In this document: positions 19,357 through 28,682 of the stretch, in pieces
Layout of the letters: the number at the start of each line of letters is the position of its first letter
Position numbering within the stretch: the first letter of the stretch is position 1
NCBI RefSeq assembly: GCF_000260965.1
Contig: NC_017856.1
Location: 660,001-692,000, forward strand
Source: Methylophaga frappieri
GTDB lineage: Bacteria > Pseudomonadota > Gammaproteobacteria > Nitrosococcales > Methylophagaceae
Direction: 5' to 3'
Length of the DNA: 32,000 nucleotides
Made by a program: the position numbers and the translations under genes
The notes under the pieces: model-generated
What the model saw: only the letters and a program-made list of their open reading frames with translations
What the model was told of the DNA's origin: nothing
Database searches by the model: none

Positions 19357-19391
19357 TTTATTTCTTTGCCAAGGATAATTTGCAGACAGCT

Positions 19392-21104
19392 ATGAGTTAT
19401 CTGGTTCTGGCTCGTAAATGGCGCCCGACGTCTTTTGCCGAAGTTGTTGGTCAACAACATGTTCTTCAGGCGCTCATCAATGGACTCACCCAAAACCGCT
19501 TGCATCATGCTTTTCTGTTTGCCGGCACACGCGGAGTGGGTAAAACAACCTTAGCGCGCATACTGGCAAAATCCCTCAACTGCGAGACGGGAGTAACGGC
19601 AACACCATGCGGCCAATGCAGCGCCTGCGTCGAAGTCGATAGTGGCCGATTTGTCGATTTAATTGAAGTCGACGCCGCCTCTCGAACCAAAGTAGATGAT
19701 ACCCGCGAGCTTTTGGATAATGTGCAATATGCACCGAGCCGCGGCCGCTATAAGGTTTATTTAATCGACGAAGTGCATATGCTTTCCACCAGCAGCTTTA
19801 ATGCCCTGCTGAAGACGCTGGAAGAGCCACCTGCGCACGTCAAGTTTTTGTTTGCTACTACGGATCCGCAAAAACTTCCTGTTACCATCCTTTCCCGCTG
19901 CCTGCAGTTCAACTTGCGCCGATTAACCCTGGCACAAATCAGTGATCACCTTGGTTATATTTTGACGCAGGAAAACATACCATTTGAAAGTGCCGCGTTG
20001 AAGCAGTTAGCACAAGCTGCTGATGGCAGTATGCGTGATGCCTTAAGTTTATTGGATCAGGCCATCGGCTTCGGCGATGGTGAAGTTCGCAATGAGGCGG
20101 TTGAGCGCATGCTGGGAAATATTTCTGGTACGCAATTGATGGCATTACTGTCTGCATTGGCGGAACACAACAGTAGCCAATTACTCAGCCAAGTGGCGGA
20201 GTTGAATGCATTGGGCCGCGAAGCCACAGCCATTCTGGATGGCTTGATGCAACTGCTTCAACAAATGGCCATTCTGCAAGCCGTGCCGGAACACCAACTA
20301 GAAGATGCCACGACGCAACCTTTTTTATCTGCACTTGCCAATCAACTGTCTCCGGAAACCGTGCAATTAATGTATCAGATTGCCTTGCATGGCAAACGTG
20401 ATCTGCCTTATGCGCCGACACCGCAAAGTGGCCTGGAAATGACGTTAATCAGAATGTTGCATTTTCAGCCTGATCACACTAGCGATTCACTGCAACCCAT
20501 TGCTAATCAGACAATGGAGATGCCGCCAAAAAAGCCGCAAGCAAAACCTGATCCTGTGTCTGAACAGACACGGGCTGCCGCTGCCACAGTTGAACACGAC
20601 ACTGATTCCGCGCCAGTCAAAAACAACGCCGCAAACCTTGTCTCTGATTCCAAAATCACCACCCCAGAGACACAGCAAATCCAAGCTGATCCAGTCTCTG
20701 ATACCAATGCTACTGTCGATGCCAAGAACTGGACGCAACTGATCGCCGAGCTCAAACTCTCTGCATTAACCCGCCAGCTTGCTGATAATTGTGCTTTCAT
20801 TCGCAGTGAAGAAAATATTATTTATCTTCAACTTGCCCCGGAGCTTGCTCATCTAGCAACTGACAATGCCCAAAAACGGCTTGCAGCAGCAATCAATAAA
20901 CAACTTGATAAAACGTTGACACTGCGTTTTGAAAACCAGGTGGACAGTAGTGTCCCGCAAACACTTGCTGCCGAACGAGCACAGGATATGGCAGACCGAC
21001 AACAACACGCTGAGACCGCCATTCAAAACGACCCGACAGTTGAAATGCTTAAAAATACGTTTAATGCCCGTATAATTGATCAAACGATCAAACCACTTAA
21101 ATAG
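19392..21104 (+). CDS. dnaX: DNA polymerase III subunits tau/gamma
   Basis: The canonical N-terminus MSYLVLARKWRPTSFAEVVGQQHV is present. Walker A is GTRGVGKTT. The zinc module is CETGVTATPCGQCSACVEV. The DEVH box and the SRC motif (ILSRCLQF) are also present. The start is set at 19392 because the ORF-track start at 19248 runs through the ffs RNA gene. Confidence 0.93.
   Translation: MSYLVLARKWRPTSFAEVVGQQHVLQALINGLTQNRLHHAFLFAGTRGVGKTTLARILAKSLNCETGVTATPCGQCSACVEVDSGRFVDLIEVDAASRTKVDDTRELLDNVQYAPSRGRYKVYLIDEVHMLSTSSFNALLKTLEEPPAHVKFLFATTDPQKLPVTILSRCLQFNLRRLTLAQISDHLGYILTQENIPFESAALKQLAQAADGSMRDALSLLDQAIGFGDGEVRNEAVERMLGNISGTQLMALLSALAEHNSSQLLSQVAELNALGREATAILDGLMQLLQQMAILQAVPEHQLEDATTQPFLSALANQLSPETVQLMYQIALHGKRDLPYAPTPQSGLEMTLIRMLHFQPDHTSDSLQPIANQTMEMPPKKPQAKPDPVSEQTRAAAATVEHDTDSAPVKNNAANLVSDSKITTPETQQIQADPVSDTNATVDAKNWTQLIAELKLSALTRQLADNCAFIRSEENIIYLQLAPELAHLATDNAQKRLAAAINKQLDKTLTLRFENQVDSSVPQTLAAERAQDMADRQQHAETAIQNDPTVEMLKNTFNARIIDQTIKPLK
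20528..20534 (+). promoter_or_regulatory. Candidate -1 programmed frameshift heptamer A AAA AAG in dnaX
   Basis: In frame as CCA AAA AAG. The -1 frame terminates at TGA 20549-20551. An upstream GGAG lies at 20516-20519 and a downstream hairpin at 20553-20574. The heptamer is the same as in E. coli dnaX. Confidence 0.55.
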
Positions 21105-21116
21105 AGGATCAGGCCA

Positions 21117-21425
21117 ATGAAAGGCGGATTAGGCAATTTAATGAAACAGGCCCAGCAAATGCAGGCCAATATGCAAAAAGCACAAGCTGAACTGGCCAAC
21201 CTAGAGGTCACCGGACAAGCAGGCGGCGGCATGGTACAAGTCATCATGACCGGTAAGCATGACGTCAAACGGCTTCACATTGAAGATAGTTTGTTTGAAG
21301 ATGACAAAGACATGTTGGAAGACTTAATTGCCGCCGCCATCAATGACGCCGTTCGGCAGGTTGAAAAAGTCACCCAGGAAAGAATGTCAGGCATGATGCC
21401 ACCGGGCATGAATCTGCCCTTTTAA
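21117..21425 (+). CDS. ybaB: Nucleoid-associated protein YbaB/EbfC
   Basis: [41 protein letters not shown] is typical of YbaB. The conserved dnaX-ybaB-recR order is present. Confidence 0.92.
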   Translation: MKGGLGNLMKQAQQMQANMQKAQAELANLEVTGQAGGGMVQVIMTGKHDVKRLHIEDSLFEDDKDMLEDLIAAAINDAVRQVEKVTQERMSGMMPPGMNLPF

Positions 21426-21428
21426 TCC

Positions 21429-22028
21429 ATGGCCAGTCTCGGTCCCAATATTGATGAATTGATGCAGGCATTACGCTGCCTGCCCGGCGTGGGTCCCAAG
21501 TCAGCACAACGCATGACTTTCCAGTTATTGGAGCGCAATCGGGACGGGGCGGAACGGCTGATGTTGTCTTTACAGGCGGCGTTACAAAACGTGCGCCACT
21601 GTCAACGCTGCCGTATTTTGTCAGAAACAGAATTATGTAGCCGTTGCAGCGATCCTGATCGTCGTCAGGATCAGTTATGCATTGTTGAGATGCCAAGTGA
21701 TGTTCTGGCTATTGAGCAGGCGACGGCTTATCAGGGCCAATACTTTGTCTTGAATGGACATCTTTCGCCACTCGATGGCATTGGCCCCGAAACACTCGGC
21801 ATTCCAACATTAATCCGCTGGCTGGATAGCCAAGAAACTGAAGAAATAATTCTAGCAACAAATCCCACTGTTGAAGGCGAAGCCACGGCGCACTATATTT
21901 CAGAGCTGGCGCGTGCTAGACAAATTCGTGTTACCCGATTAGCACATGGAATCCCGCTTGGGGGTGAGTTAGAGTATGTTGATAGCACTACCTTATCGCA
22001 TGCTTTCGCCGGCCGAGGCACAGTCTGA
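21429..22028 (+). CDS. recR: Recombination protein RecR
   Basis: [12 protein letters not shown] (HhH), the C4 zinc finger [16 protein letters not shown] and the Toprim region ([12 protein letters not shown]) are present. Confidence 0.95.
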   Translation: MASLGPNIDELMQALRCLPGVGPKSAQRMTFQLLERNRDGAERLMLSLQAALQNVRHCQRCRILSETELCSRCSDPDRRQDQLCIVEMPSDVLAIEQATAYQGQYFVLNGHLSPLDGIGPETLGIPTLIRWLDSQETEEIILATNPTVEGEATAHYISELARARQIRVTRLAHGIPLGGELEYVDSTTLSHAFAGRGTV

Positions 22029-22054
22029 GTAGCATCTAAGACGGAGCGTAAGCT

Positions 22055-23239
22055 ATGACAGACATCGCCACACCATTTGATGCCTTGAAAAGCTATCCTG
22101 GGCTGATTCATCGGCAACCAGTATTCGTCAACAACATGGTGGATCTGGATCGCTATCATCTGCGCTTTCTTGACTGGCAAGGTAACCTGCTCGCAGATGA
22201 TGCCAACGTGCCGGCTTTTTTGACGCAATTACCGCGCATCCTGCCCGATATGAATCTGCGACAAAAAGCCTTATTGACCATGCCGCAATCCTGGTGCCAG
22301 TCACTCTATGACATGGAACTGAATGGTATGGAATTAACCCTTGATATCGCGAACGCTTCTCCCACCAGTACATTCGCGCCCAACCTTGCCTATGCGGGTC
22401 ATGCCGAAAGCAAGACATCGCCGATGCGAACACGAATGTTACTGATCGATCTGAATCAGGTTGATAACGCGGTCATGACAGACAACCTGGCCAGCTGGCG
22501 ACAGCAATATGAACAACTCTGCGCACTGAATGTTAACGATGAAAACCAACTCAATCAGTGTAAAATCCACCACATTGATTTAGTGCAAGGTAATTTTTAC
22601 ACACGCCCCGCAGCGCATCCGCCGTACAAGATTTCCCCAGATGCCCAGACCTTGATGTCTCTTTTGGTCAAATTGCAAGACACCGATGCCGAAGCAGATG
22701 ACCTCGCTCAGATTATTTCTCAGGATGTGACGCTGAGCTATAAATTGTTACGGTTAATTAATTCCGCCTTTTTTGGTTTGCCTCGGCAATTGACAAGTTG
22801 TCGCGAAGCCGTCGTCATGCTTGGTTTTAATCAAATTAAAACTTGGGCCAGTCTGCTTTGCCTATCAGGACTGGATCATAAACCGAATGAATTACGCAGC
22901 CTCGCCATGACCCGGGCAAGAATGTGTGAACTACTGGCACGCTACTATAAAGGCCAATCTGATAGTTTTTTTGCAGCGGGCCTGTTTTCAACGCTGGATG
23001 CCCTTCTCGATAAACCCATGATTGATGTAGTTCAGGATTTACCCTTGGCACCTGAACTGGAAACCGCTCTGTTAAATCATGATGGCCCCATTGGCCGAGC
23101 CTTGTTGGACGTGTTGAATTACGAGCAAGGGCGCTGGCAGGCTGTGGCACAATCCCCGCTCCCCATTGAATGTCTTGCCAGAGCCTATCTGGATGCCATT
23201 TATTGGACCAGACAGTTGAATCAGATTATCAATGAATAA
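22055..23239 (+). CDS. HDOD domain signalling protein with degenerate N-terminal EAL-like domain (COG3434/YuxH-like)
   Basis: The C-terminal HDOD block is ISQDVTLSYKLLRLINSAFFGLPRQLTSCREAVVMLGFNQIKTWA. The N-terminus IHRQPVFVNNMVDLDRYHLRF resembles the start of EAL domains, but the EAL/ELL residues are replaced by HLR. Confidence 0.8.
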   Translation: MTDIATPFDALKSYPGLIHRQPVFVNNMVDLDRYHLRFLDWQGNLLADDANVPAFLTQLPRILPDMNLRQKALLTMPQSWCQSLYDMELNGMELTLDIANASPTSTFAPNLAYAGHAESKTSPMRTRMLLIDLNQVDNAVMTDNLASWRQQYEQLCALNVNDENQLNQCKIHHIDLVQGNFYTRPAAHPPYKISPDAQTLMSLLVKLQDTDAEADDLAQIISQDVTLSYKLLRLINSAFFGLPRQLTSCREAVVMLGFNQIKTWASLLCLSGLDHKPNELRSLAMTRARMCELLARYYKGQSDSFFAAGLFSTLDALLDKPMIDVVQDLPLAPELETALLNHDGPIGRALLDVLNYEQGRWQAVAQSPLPIECLARAYLDAIYWTRQLNQIINE

Positions 23240-23241
23240 CA

Positions 23242-23955
23242 ATGGCTATCCGTTGGTTATCTCAAAATAATAATGTCGATTTCCCTGATCTGGCACTGGC
23301 AACGGATCATGGTTTACTGGCCGCCGGCGGTGACCTGTCTGTCAACCGACTAATCTCAGCCTACAAAGCCGGTATCTTTCCGTGGTTTAACGCACACGAT
23401 CCTATTTTGTGGTGGAGTCCGGATCCCCGCATGGTATTGTTTACAGATGCCTTGCGCATCAGTAAAAACTTGAATAAAAAACTGCGCCAGGCACCATTCA
23501 AGGTCACCTTTGATAAGGCCTTTGCCGATGTCATCAAAGCCTGTGCTGCACCACGTCAACAACAGGAACAACACGATACCTGGATTCATCCAGACATGAT
23601 CCGTGCTTATGACAATCTGCATGCGGCAGGTTATGCACATAGTGTCGAATGTTGGCTGAATGATGAATTAGTTGGTGGGCTGTATGGTGTCGCAATTGGC
23701 AATATGTTTTTTGGTGAATCGATGTTTAGCTTTGTGACAGATAGCTCTAAAATTGCACTGACCGCACTGGTCCAGCAATTAACCCGTTGGGGCTGGCCCA
23801 TGATTGATTGTCAGGTTCACTCTGATCATCTTGCCCGGCTTGGCGCCGTCTGTGTACCAAGGACATTATTCGTCCAGCAAATCCAGTCACTGTGTCAGTC
23901 AGCATCACCCTCTCAGAAATGGCAGCTCGATGCCGATTTACCACACGCAATATGA
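23242..23955 (+). CDS. aat: Leucyl/phenylalanyl-tRNA--protein transferase
   Basis: LLAAGGDLSVNRLISAYKAGIFPWF and FFGESMFS are typical Aat blocks. Confidence 0.92.
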   Translation: MAIRWLSQNNNVDFPDLALATDHGLLAAGGDLSVNRLISAYKAGIFPWFNAHDPILWWSPDPRMVLFTDALRISKNLNKKLRQAPFKVTFDKAFADVIKACAAPRQQQEQHDTWIHPDMIRAYDNLHAAGYAHSVECWLNDELVGGLYGVAIGNMFFGESMFSFVTDSSKIALTALVQQLTRWGWPMIDCQVHSDHLARLGAVCVPRTLFVQQIQSLCQSASPSQKWQLDADLPHAI

Positions 23956-24665
23956 GTCTCGATTTTTATCAAGATAGATTGCATCCCTGTTCCTATCTGG
24001 CAGATCGTAAAGCCAGAAACATTTACCCGGATCCCCTCCGGGTAATGTCCAACCAGCTCTATGGTCAGCTTATCCAACACGGGTTTCGGCGAAGCGGTGA
24101 ACATGTGTATCGTCCTCATTGTCCCGCCTGCCAGTCGTGCATCCCAGTCCGTATTGATATCACTGCCTTTCATCCCAATCGGAGCCAACGCCGCTGTTTG
24201 CGAGATAATGCTGATGTGGAAGTGCGTACCAGACCCGTTGAATTTGATGAACAGCATTATGCGTTGTATCAACGGTATTTGTCGGCTCGACATCCGGGTG
24301 GCGGCATGGATAATCCCACCCCGCAGAGTTTTCAGCAGTTTTTAACCAGCACTTGGAGTGACACTGGTTTTATTGAGCTTTGGGAAAATACACACTTAAT
24401 TGCAGTCGCAGTAACCGATTTTGTAAACAATGGCTTGTCAGCCTTTTATACTTTTTTTGAGCCAGACCTTGAGTCCAGAAGCCTTGGCACATTGGCAATA
24501 CTTAAACAAATCGAACTCGCTCGACAACAAGGCAAAACCTATCTCTATCTGGGTTATTGGATAGCAGAAAGTCAGAAAATGAATTACAAAACCCGGTTCT
24601 CAGCTTTACAGTTTTTTGACGGTCGCTGGCGCGACTTTGATAAAAACACTTTGAATAATCAGTGA
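23952..24665 (+). CDS. bpt: Arginyl-tRNA--protein transferase family (aspartate/glutamate leucyltransferase Bpt)
   Basis: HPCSYL, GFRRSG, YRPHCPACQSCIPVRI and YLYLGYWI are ATE-family blocks. The start is set at the ATG overlapping the aat stop (ATGA, 23952), not the ORF-track 23892. Confidence 0.9.
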   Translation: MSLDFYQDRLHPCSYLADRKARNIYPDPLRVMSNQLYGQLIQHGFRRSGEHVYRPHCPACQSCIPVRIDITAFHPNRSQRRCLRDNADVEVRTRPVEFDEQHYALYQRYLSARHPGGGMDNPTPQSFQQFLTSTWSDTGFIELWENTHLIAVAVTDFVNNGLSAFYTFFEPDLESRSLGTLAILKQIELARQQGKTYLYLGYWIAESQKMNYKTRFSALQFFDGRWRDFDKNTLNNQ

Positions 24666-24712
24666 TTTTGCGGCAAAATGGATCTTTTATCAGTACCTGA
24701 ACACGGAACTCT

Positions 24713-24931
24713 ATGGCAAAAGAAGATCATATTGAATTTGAAGGCACCGTCATCGACACGATGCCCAACACCACCTTTCGCGTTGAATTAGAAAACGGTC
24801 ACGTCGTAACGGCCCATATTTCAGGAAAAATGCGCAAGAATTACATTCGTATTTTGACAGGGGATAAAGTCACGGTTCAGCTTACCCCTTATGATCTCAG
24901 CAAAGGGCGTATCGTCTATCGAGCCCGCTAA
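24713..24931 (+). CDS. infA: Translation initiation factor IF-1
   Basis: [70 protein letters not shown] is near-identical to canonical IF-1. Confidence 0.97.
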   Translation: MAKEDHIEFEGTVIDTMPNTTFRVELENGHVVTAHISGKMRKNYIRILTGDKVTVQLTPYDLSKGRIVYRAR

Positions 24932-25434
24932 AACAAACGTCGATGCTGCTTCGATGAAGCAGCTATTGCCAACCAAACCAGCCACAACATGCCGATAAAC
25001 GCCAGCAATGTCCAAGCTGGAATACTCAGTCCCAAGAACTGCCAAGATATTTCGGCACATTCTCCTGACCCGCTGAATACCATTGCCAACGCCTCACTGA
25101 GCGGAAAATTGCCCATAATGAAGTCTAAGCCCGGACCACAACTGGGCACCTCTTCCGGGGGCAGATTCTGCAGCCAGATATGCCATCCAGAAACACCGGC
25201 GCCCGCTAGCGCGGTTATCCCAATCAACCCACCGTAAAATTTAGTACCGGTGTGTTTTGGATGATGCAAAAATGCCACTAAAAATAACCCTGAAGCGACC
25301 ATAACGGCTAACCGCTGCAAGATGCACAATGGACATGGCTCTAATAGCATGACGTATTGCATATAAAGCGCAACGAGTACCAAAACAAAGCTGAACAAAA
25401 ATCCCAGAAGAAAAAACGTGCGGGTTGACGACAA
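24928..25434 (-). CDS. dsbB: Disulfide bond formation protein B
   Basis: CPLCILQR (first redox CxxC) sits in TM1. There are four TM helices and a second periplasmic Cys pair region (SCGPG...GECAEI). The start is uncertain. The TTG at 25434 has a strong SD (GGGAGGA 7 nt upstream), and the longest ORF starts at the GTG at 25482. Confidence 0.82.
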   Translation of the reverse strand: MSSTRTFFLLGFLFSFVLVLVALYMQYVMLLEPCPLCILQRLAVMVASGLFLVAFLHHPKHTGTKFYGGLIGITALAGAGVSGWHIWLQNLPPEEVPSCGPGLDFIMGNFPLSEALAMVFSGSGECAEISWQFLGLSIPAWTLLAFIGMLWLVWLAIAASSKQHRRLF

Positions 25435-25504
25435 ACTGGTTTCCTCCCATGTTTTAATGTGTGTTAAGTTAACCGAAAACACTGTTGCTTTAAAGGGTAA
25501 TTCT

Positions 25505-26026
25505 ATGAGCGACCGGAATCTTGATGATAAACTCAGTGCAGCCTATGACCGAATGATGGCGCGGATTCATCAATTTATCAATGATTCCGAACATCAAACC
25601 ATGCCCAGTCTGCAACAACGTATTCAACTCGCCAAAGAAAGAGCTATCGAACTCAAAGAGTTAAGTGGCGAAGAAGCGGAACAGATCGCGCTTTGGCTGG
25701 AACGCGATATGCACGATGCTGTGGGCTATTTACAGGATTCAGGCGAAGATTTTGCCACTTGGCTGCAATTCGATTTACAACAGGTTGAAAGCCGATTTCT
25801 TGCGTTATTTGCCAGCGTCGCTGATAAAACCCGACTGGAACTAAACCAGTTGGCGCAACAAGCGATACGCGCAGAAACGTATCACACTGGTGAAGTGACC
25901 AGTATCGGTACGTTATATTGTGTTTCCTGTGGCGGAAAAATGCAGTTTCGCCAAACCGCGCGGATTCCGCCTTGCCCACGTTGTCATCAAACCCGCTTTA
26001 CGCGTCAACCTCAACCCGCGTCATAA
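25505..26026 (+). CDS. Zinc-ribbon-containing protein (DUF1451 family)
   Basis: A helical N-terminal region (AYDRMMARIHQF..., LSGEEAEQIALWLERDM) precedes the C-terminal ribbon CVSCGGKMQF...CPRCHQTRF. The ATG at 25505 is chosen, because the ORF-track start at 25418 would overlap dsbB. Confidence 0.75.
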   Translation: MSDRNLDDKLSAAYDRMMARIHQFINDSEHQTMPSLQQRIQLAKERAIELKELSGEEAEQIALWLERDMHDAVGYLQDSGEDFATWLQFDLQQVESRFLALFASVADKTRLELNQLAQQAIRAETYHTGEVTSIGTLYCVSCGGKMQFRQTARIPPCPRCHQTRFTRQPQPAS

Positions 26027-27186
26027 TATGCGCCTTCCTGCATAATCTGTAACAACGTTTTCTGCAAGACGGGTGAATCAAGCAGGGTCTGCCAGTCTTG
26101 ATTAGCCAGACTGGTTGCTTCACAAAGAAATTTCAGTTGGTCTGGGTCAGCATCGCCCAGATTTAAAACCGCCCCGCCCACAAACAGATAATTTTGCTCG
26201 CTGCCCGACGCCCAAGCCATCGGCACCGTGGAATTACGTTGTAATGTGTTACCCAGCTCAAAAAATTTCGCCAATTCTGAGACCTTGGCGAATTCAATCT
26301 GATCACGAAACTGCCAGACTTCTAAAGACGGTTTTAGCTGTGTCAGTTGTTTCCCCATTGCTATCAGCAACAGATCATCACTTTCCGTTAACAACGATTT
26401 CAGATCACCTCGAACCCGTTGCACTGCTCTGGCATCAATTTCCGTCGCAGAACGCCCTGTCTGTAAATCCGGATCACGATAACGCCTGACTACTTGTGGT
26501 GACTGACTGAGCTGTTCACTCAAACTCTCCAACCATTGCGACGCCGAGGCAGCACGAAACCCGACTGATAAAGTTAAACACGGCGTTTTGGCCACGCCAT
26601 GATGGGCGATGCCGGGTGGTAAATACAACATATCGCCGGGATGCAACTCCCAGCTTTGACAAGGCGAAAAAGAAGGCAAAATTCGCAATGGGCAACCGGC
26701 TAGCCATTCTGGGTCAGTCAGGGGTTGGTCTTCAATTTGCCACTGGCGAACCCCCTCAGCCTGTAAGAGAAAAACATCATAATTATCGACATGTGCGCCA
26801 ACCGAACCGCCCGGTACCGCATAACTTGCCATAATATCGTCCCGACGCCAGTCGGGTATCAATTGAAACGACTGCCATAATGCCTGCAGTGAAGGCCAAT
26901 GCTTGTCTACATCCTGAACGAGAAGCGTCCAATCCTGATCCGGCAATTTAGAAAAATCTGTTTCTGCGAATGGGCCTGATTGTAACGACCACTCTTGCTT
27001 TGCAAGCTGTTGAACCAAGCGTGACTCGATATCTGTCTCACATGCTAACCCGGCAAGTTCCTCAGGGGTCAAATCGGTGACCGGCGCTGAAAAGGCGCCA
27101 CGAATCAACAGCGGCTTTTTTTGCCAATACTGCTCCAAGAAAGCCTGCTGGCTCATGCCCGTATTAAAAAACGCTGCTTGTGTCAC
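26011..27186 (-). CDS. Cupin-4/JmjC-type ribosomal protein oxygenase (YcfD/RoxA-like, L16 arginine hydroxylase family)
   Basis: FLEQYWQKKPLLIRGAF parallels the YcfD N-terminus. The Fe(II) facial-triad context HVDNYDVFLLQAEGVRQWQI...PPGIAHHG is present. An alternative start is M11 (27156). Confidence 0.8.
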   Translation of the reverse strand: MTQAAFFNTGMSQQAFLEQYWQKKPLLIRGAFSAPVTDLTPEELAGLACETDIESRLVQQLAKQEWSLQSGPFAETDFSKLPDQDWTLLVQDVDKHWPSLQALWQSFQLIPDWRRDDIMASYAVPGGSVGAHVDNYDVFLLQAEGVRQWQIEDQPLTDPEWLAGCPLRILPSFSPCQSWELHPGDMLYLPPGIAHHGVAKTPCLTLSVGFRAASASQWLESLSEQLSQSPQVVRRYRDPDLQTGRSATEIDARAVQRVRGDLKSLLTESDDLLLIAMGKQLTQLKPSLEVWQFRDQIEFAKVSELAKFFELGNTLQRNSTVPMAWASGSEQNYLFVGGAVLNLGDADPDQLKFLCEATSLANQDWQTLLDSPVLQKTLLQIMQEGAYYDAG

Positions 27187-27188
27187 GA

Positions 27189-27629
27189 TTATTCCACGTA
27201 TTTTTCTACCGTAAACACCACGTTATTGAGTGCCACAATACGAATTTTAGTACCGGCAGGACAATCAGGGCCGGTAACTTTCCAGGTCGAATCGTCCAGA
27301 CGCACTTTGCCTTCGCCATCAATAATCGGCTGAGCCAAGGTGATAACCCGACCGACATAGCCTTCACCGCGTTTATTCAACAACGGTTCATCCGTCTTGA
27401 TTGGCCGGCGTGCGTAATAATAGCGCCAGCCAACAATACTGAGCACCGACCATACGGCAAAAACCAATAGCTGCCACTCCCACGTCAATTGCGGCAGCAA
27501 CAGCATCACCAGTCCTGTTAGAAATGCTGCAATAGCCAGCCAGATTGCCATAAATCCGGGTAACAAAATTTCTGCGGTGATTAAAATCACCGCCAAAATC
27601 CACCAATGCCAAAAATCAATGACCGGCAT
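27189..27629 (-). CDS. NfeD family membrane protein (YbbJ-like)
   Basis: 146 aa. Three or four N-terminal TM helices precede a C-terminal OB-fold tail ([26 protein letters not shown]). It overlaps the upstream SPFH gene by 14 nt, the classic SPFH-NfeD operon arrangement. Confidence 0.85.
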   Translation of the reverse strand: MPVIDFWHWWILAVILITAEILLPGFMAIWLAIAAFLTGLVMLLLPQLTWEWQLLVFAVWSVLSIVGWRYYYARRPIKTDEPLLNKRGEGYVGRVITLAQPIIDGEGKVRLDDSTWKVTGPDCPAGTKIRIVALNNVVFTVEKYVE

Positions 27630-28554
27630 TATCCATTCCTTTTTTACTGAAAGTTTCCTTGGCCAGCTCAGTAATGCCGGCTAGGGAACCAATCACATTA
27701 CTGGCTTCCAAAGGCATCAGGATGACTTTGTGATTATTGGCCGACGCCATATCCTTAAGCGCCTCAACATATTTCTGCGCCACGAAATAATTAATTGCCT
27801 GAATATCCCCTTTGGCAATCGCCTCTGACACCATGGTCGTTGCCTTTGCTTCAGCTTCTGCCAGTCGCTCACGAGCCTCGGCATCACGAAAAGCCGCTTC
27901 ACGGCGACCTTCTGCGTCCAGGACAACCGCTTGTTTATCCCCTTCAGCACGTAAAATTTCTGACTGCCGATGTCCTTCAGCCTCAAGAATATTCGCCCGT
28001 TTGACCCGCTCTGCTTTCATTTGCTGCCCCATCGCTTCTACCAAATCTGCAGGCGGCTCAATGTCTTTAATTTCAATGCGTGTCACTTTAATCCCCCAAG
28101 GCGTCGTCGCATCATCAACAACATTTAATAGTCGGGTATTAATATCATCACGTTTCGACAATAACTCATCCAGATCCATCGATCCCATGACCGTACGGAT
28201 GTTGGTCATGGTGAGATTAAGGATCGCGTTATCGAGCCCACTCACTTCATACGCTGCTTTTGCCGCATCAATAACCTGGAAAAACACCACGCCATCAACG
28301 CGAATCATCGCATTATCTTTAGTAATGATCTCTTGAGATGGCACATCCAGGACTTGTTCCATCATGTTGATTTTGTGTCCAACCTGATCAATGACCGGCA
28401 CAATAAGATTTAACCCAGGCGGCAGGGTTCTTGTGTATCGTCCAAACCGTTCCACAGTAAATTCATAACCTTGCTGAACGGGTTTCACCCCCATCAGCAC
28501 AATCACCACAGCCATAACCACGATGACTAAGACAAACCCCGCAAATCCACTCAT
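27616..28554 (-). CDS. SPFH/band-7 (stomatin/prohibitin-like) protein, QmcA/YbbK-like
   Basis: An N-terminal TM anchor is followed by the SPFH core ([40 protein letters not shown]) and an Ala/Glu-rich coiled coil. The start is at ATG 28554 with an AGGAG SD. Confidence 0.9.
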   Translation of the reverse strand: MSGFAGFVLVIVVMAVVIVLMGVKPVQQGYEFTVERFGRYTRTLPPGLNLIVPVIDQVGHKINMMEQVLDVPSQEIITKDNAMIRVDGVVFFQVIDAAKAAYEVSGLDNAILNLTMTNIRTVMGSMDLDELLSKRDDINTRLLNVVDDATTPWGIKVTRIEIKDIEPPADLVEAMGQQMKAERVKRANILEAEGHRQSEILRAEGDKQAVVLDAEGRREAAFRDAEARERLAEAEAKATTMVSEAIAKGDIQAINYFVAQKYVEALKDMASANNHKVILMPLEASNVIGSLAGITELAKETFSKKGMDNAGH

Positions 28555-28682
28555 TTTCCAACTCCTGTGTTCGCCACTGAAATGCTTGGCTGATAATAGC
28601 AGTATTCGCTGACATGCCGCCAAAACTTGGACATTTTGGTGGCAGACAGAGACAATAGCGAAAAAATGACGAGGTCACCTTT

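Noticed and set aside
19248-19391. ORF-track N-terminal 48 codons of the 618-aa 'DnaX' ORF (MLVSPQRYVGYLV...).
   Set aside because: This stretch is the 4.5S SRP RNA gene read as protein. The canonical DnaX N-terminus begins at 19392.
27812-28336. 174-aa plus-strand ORF, Ala/Ser/Arg-rich, inside the SPFH gene. Similar long antisense ORFs occur at 4833-5324, 6210-6581, 8647-8970, 21370-21696, 23913-24293 and 491-880.
   Set aside because: All lie fully antisense to, or out of frame within, strongly supported conserved genes. They have low-complexity or unrecognisable translations. They are typical shadow ORFs.
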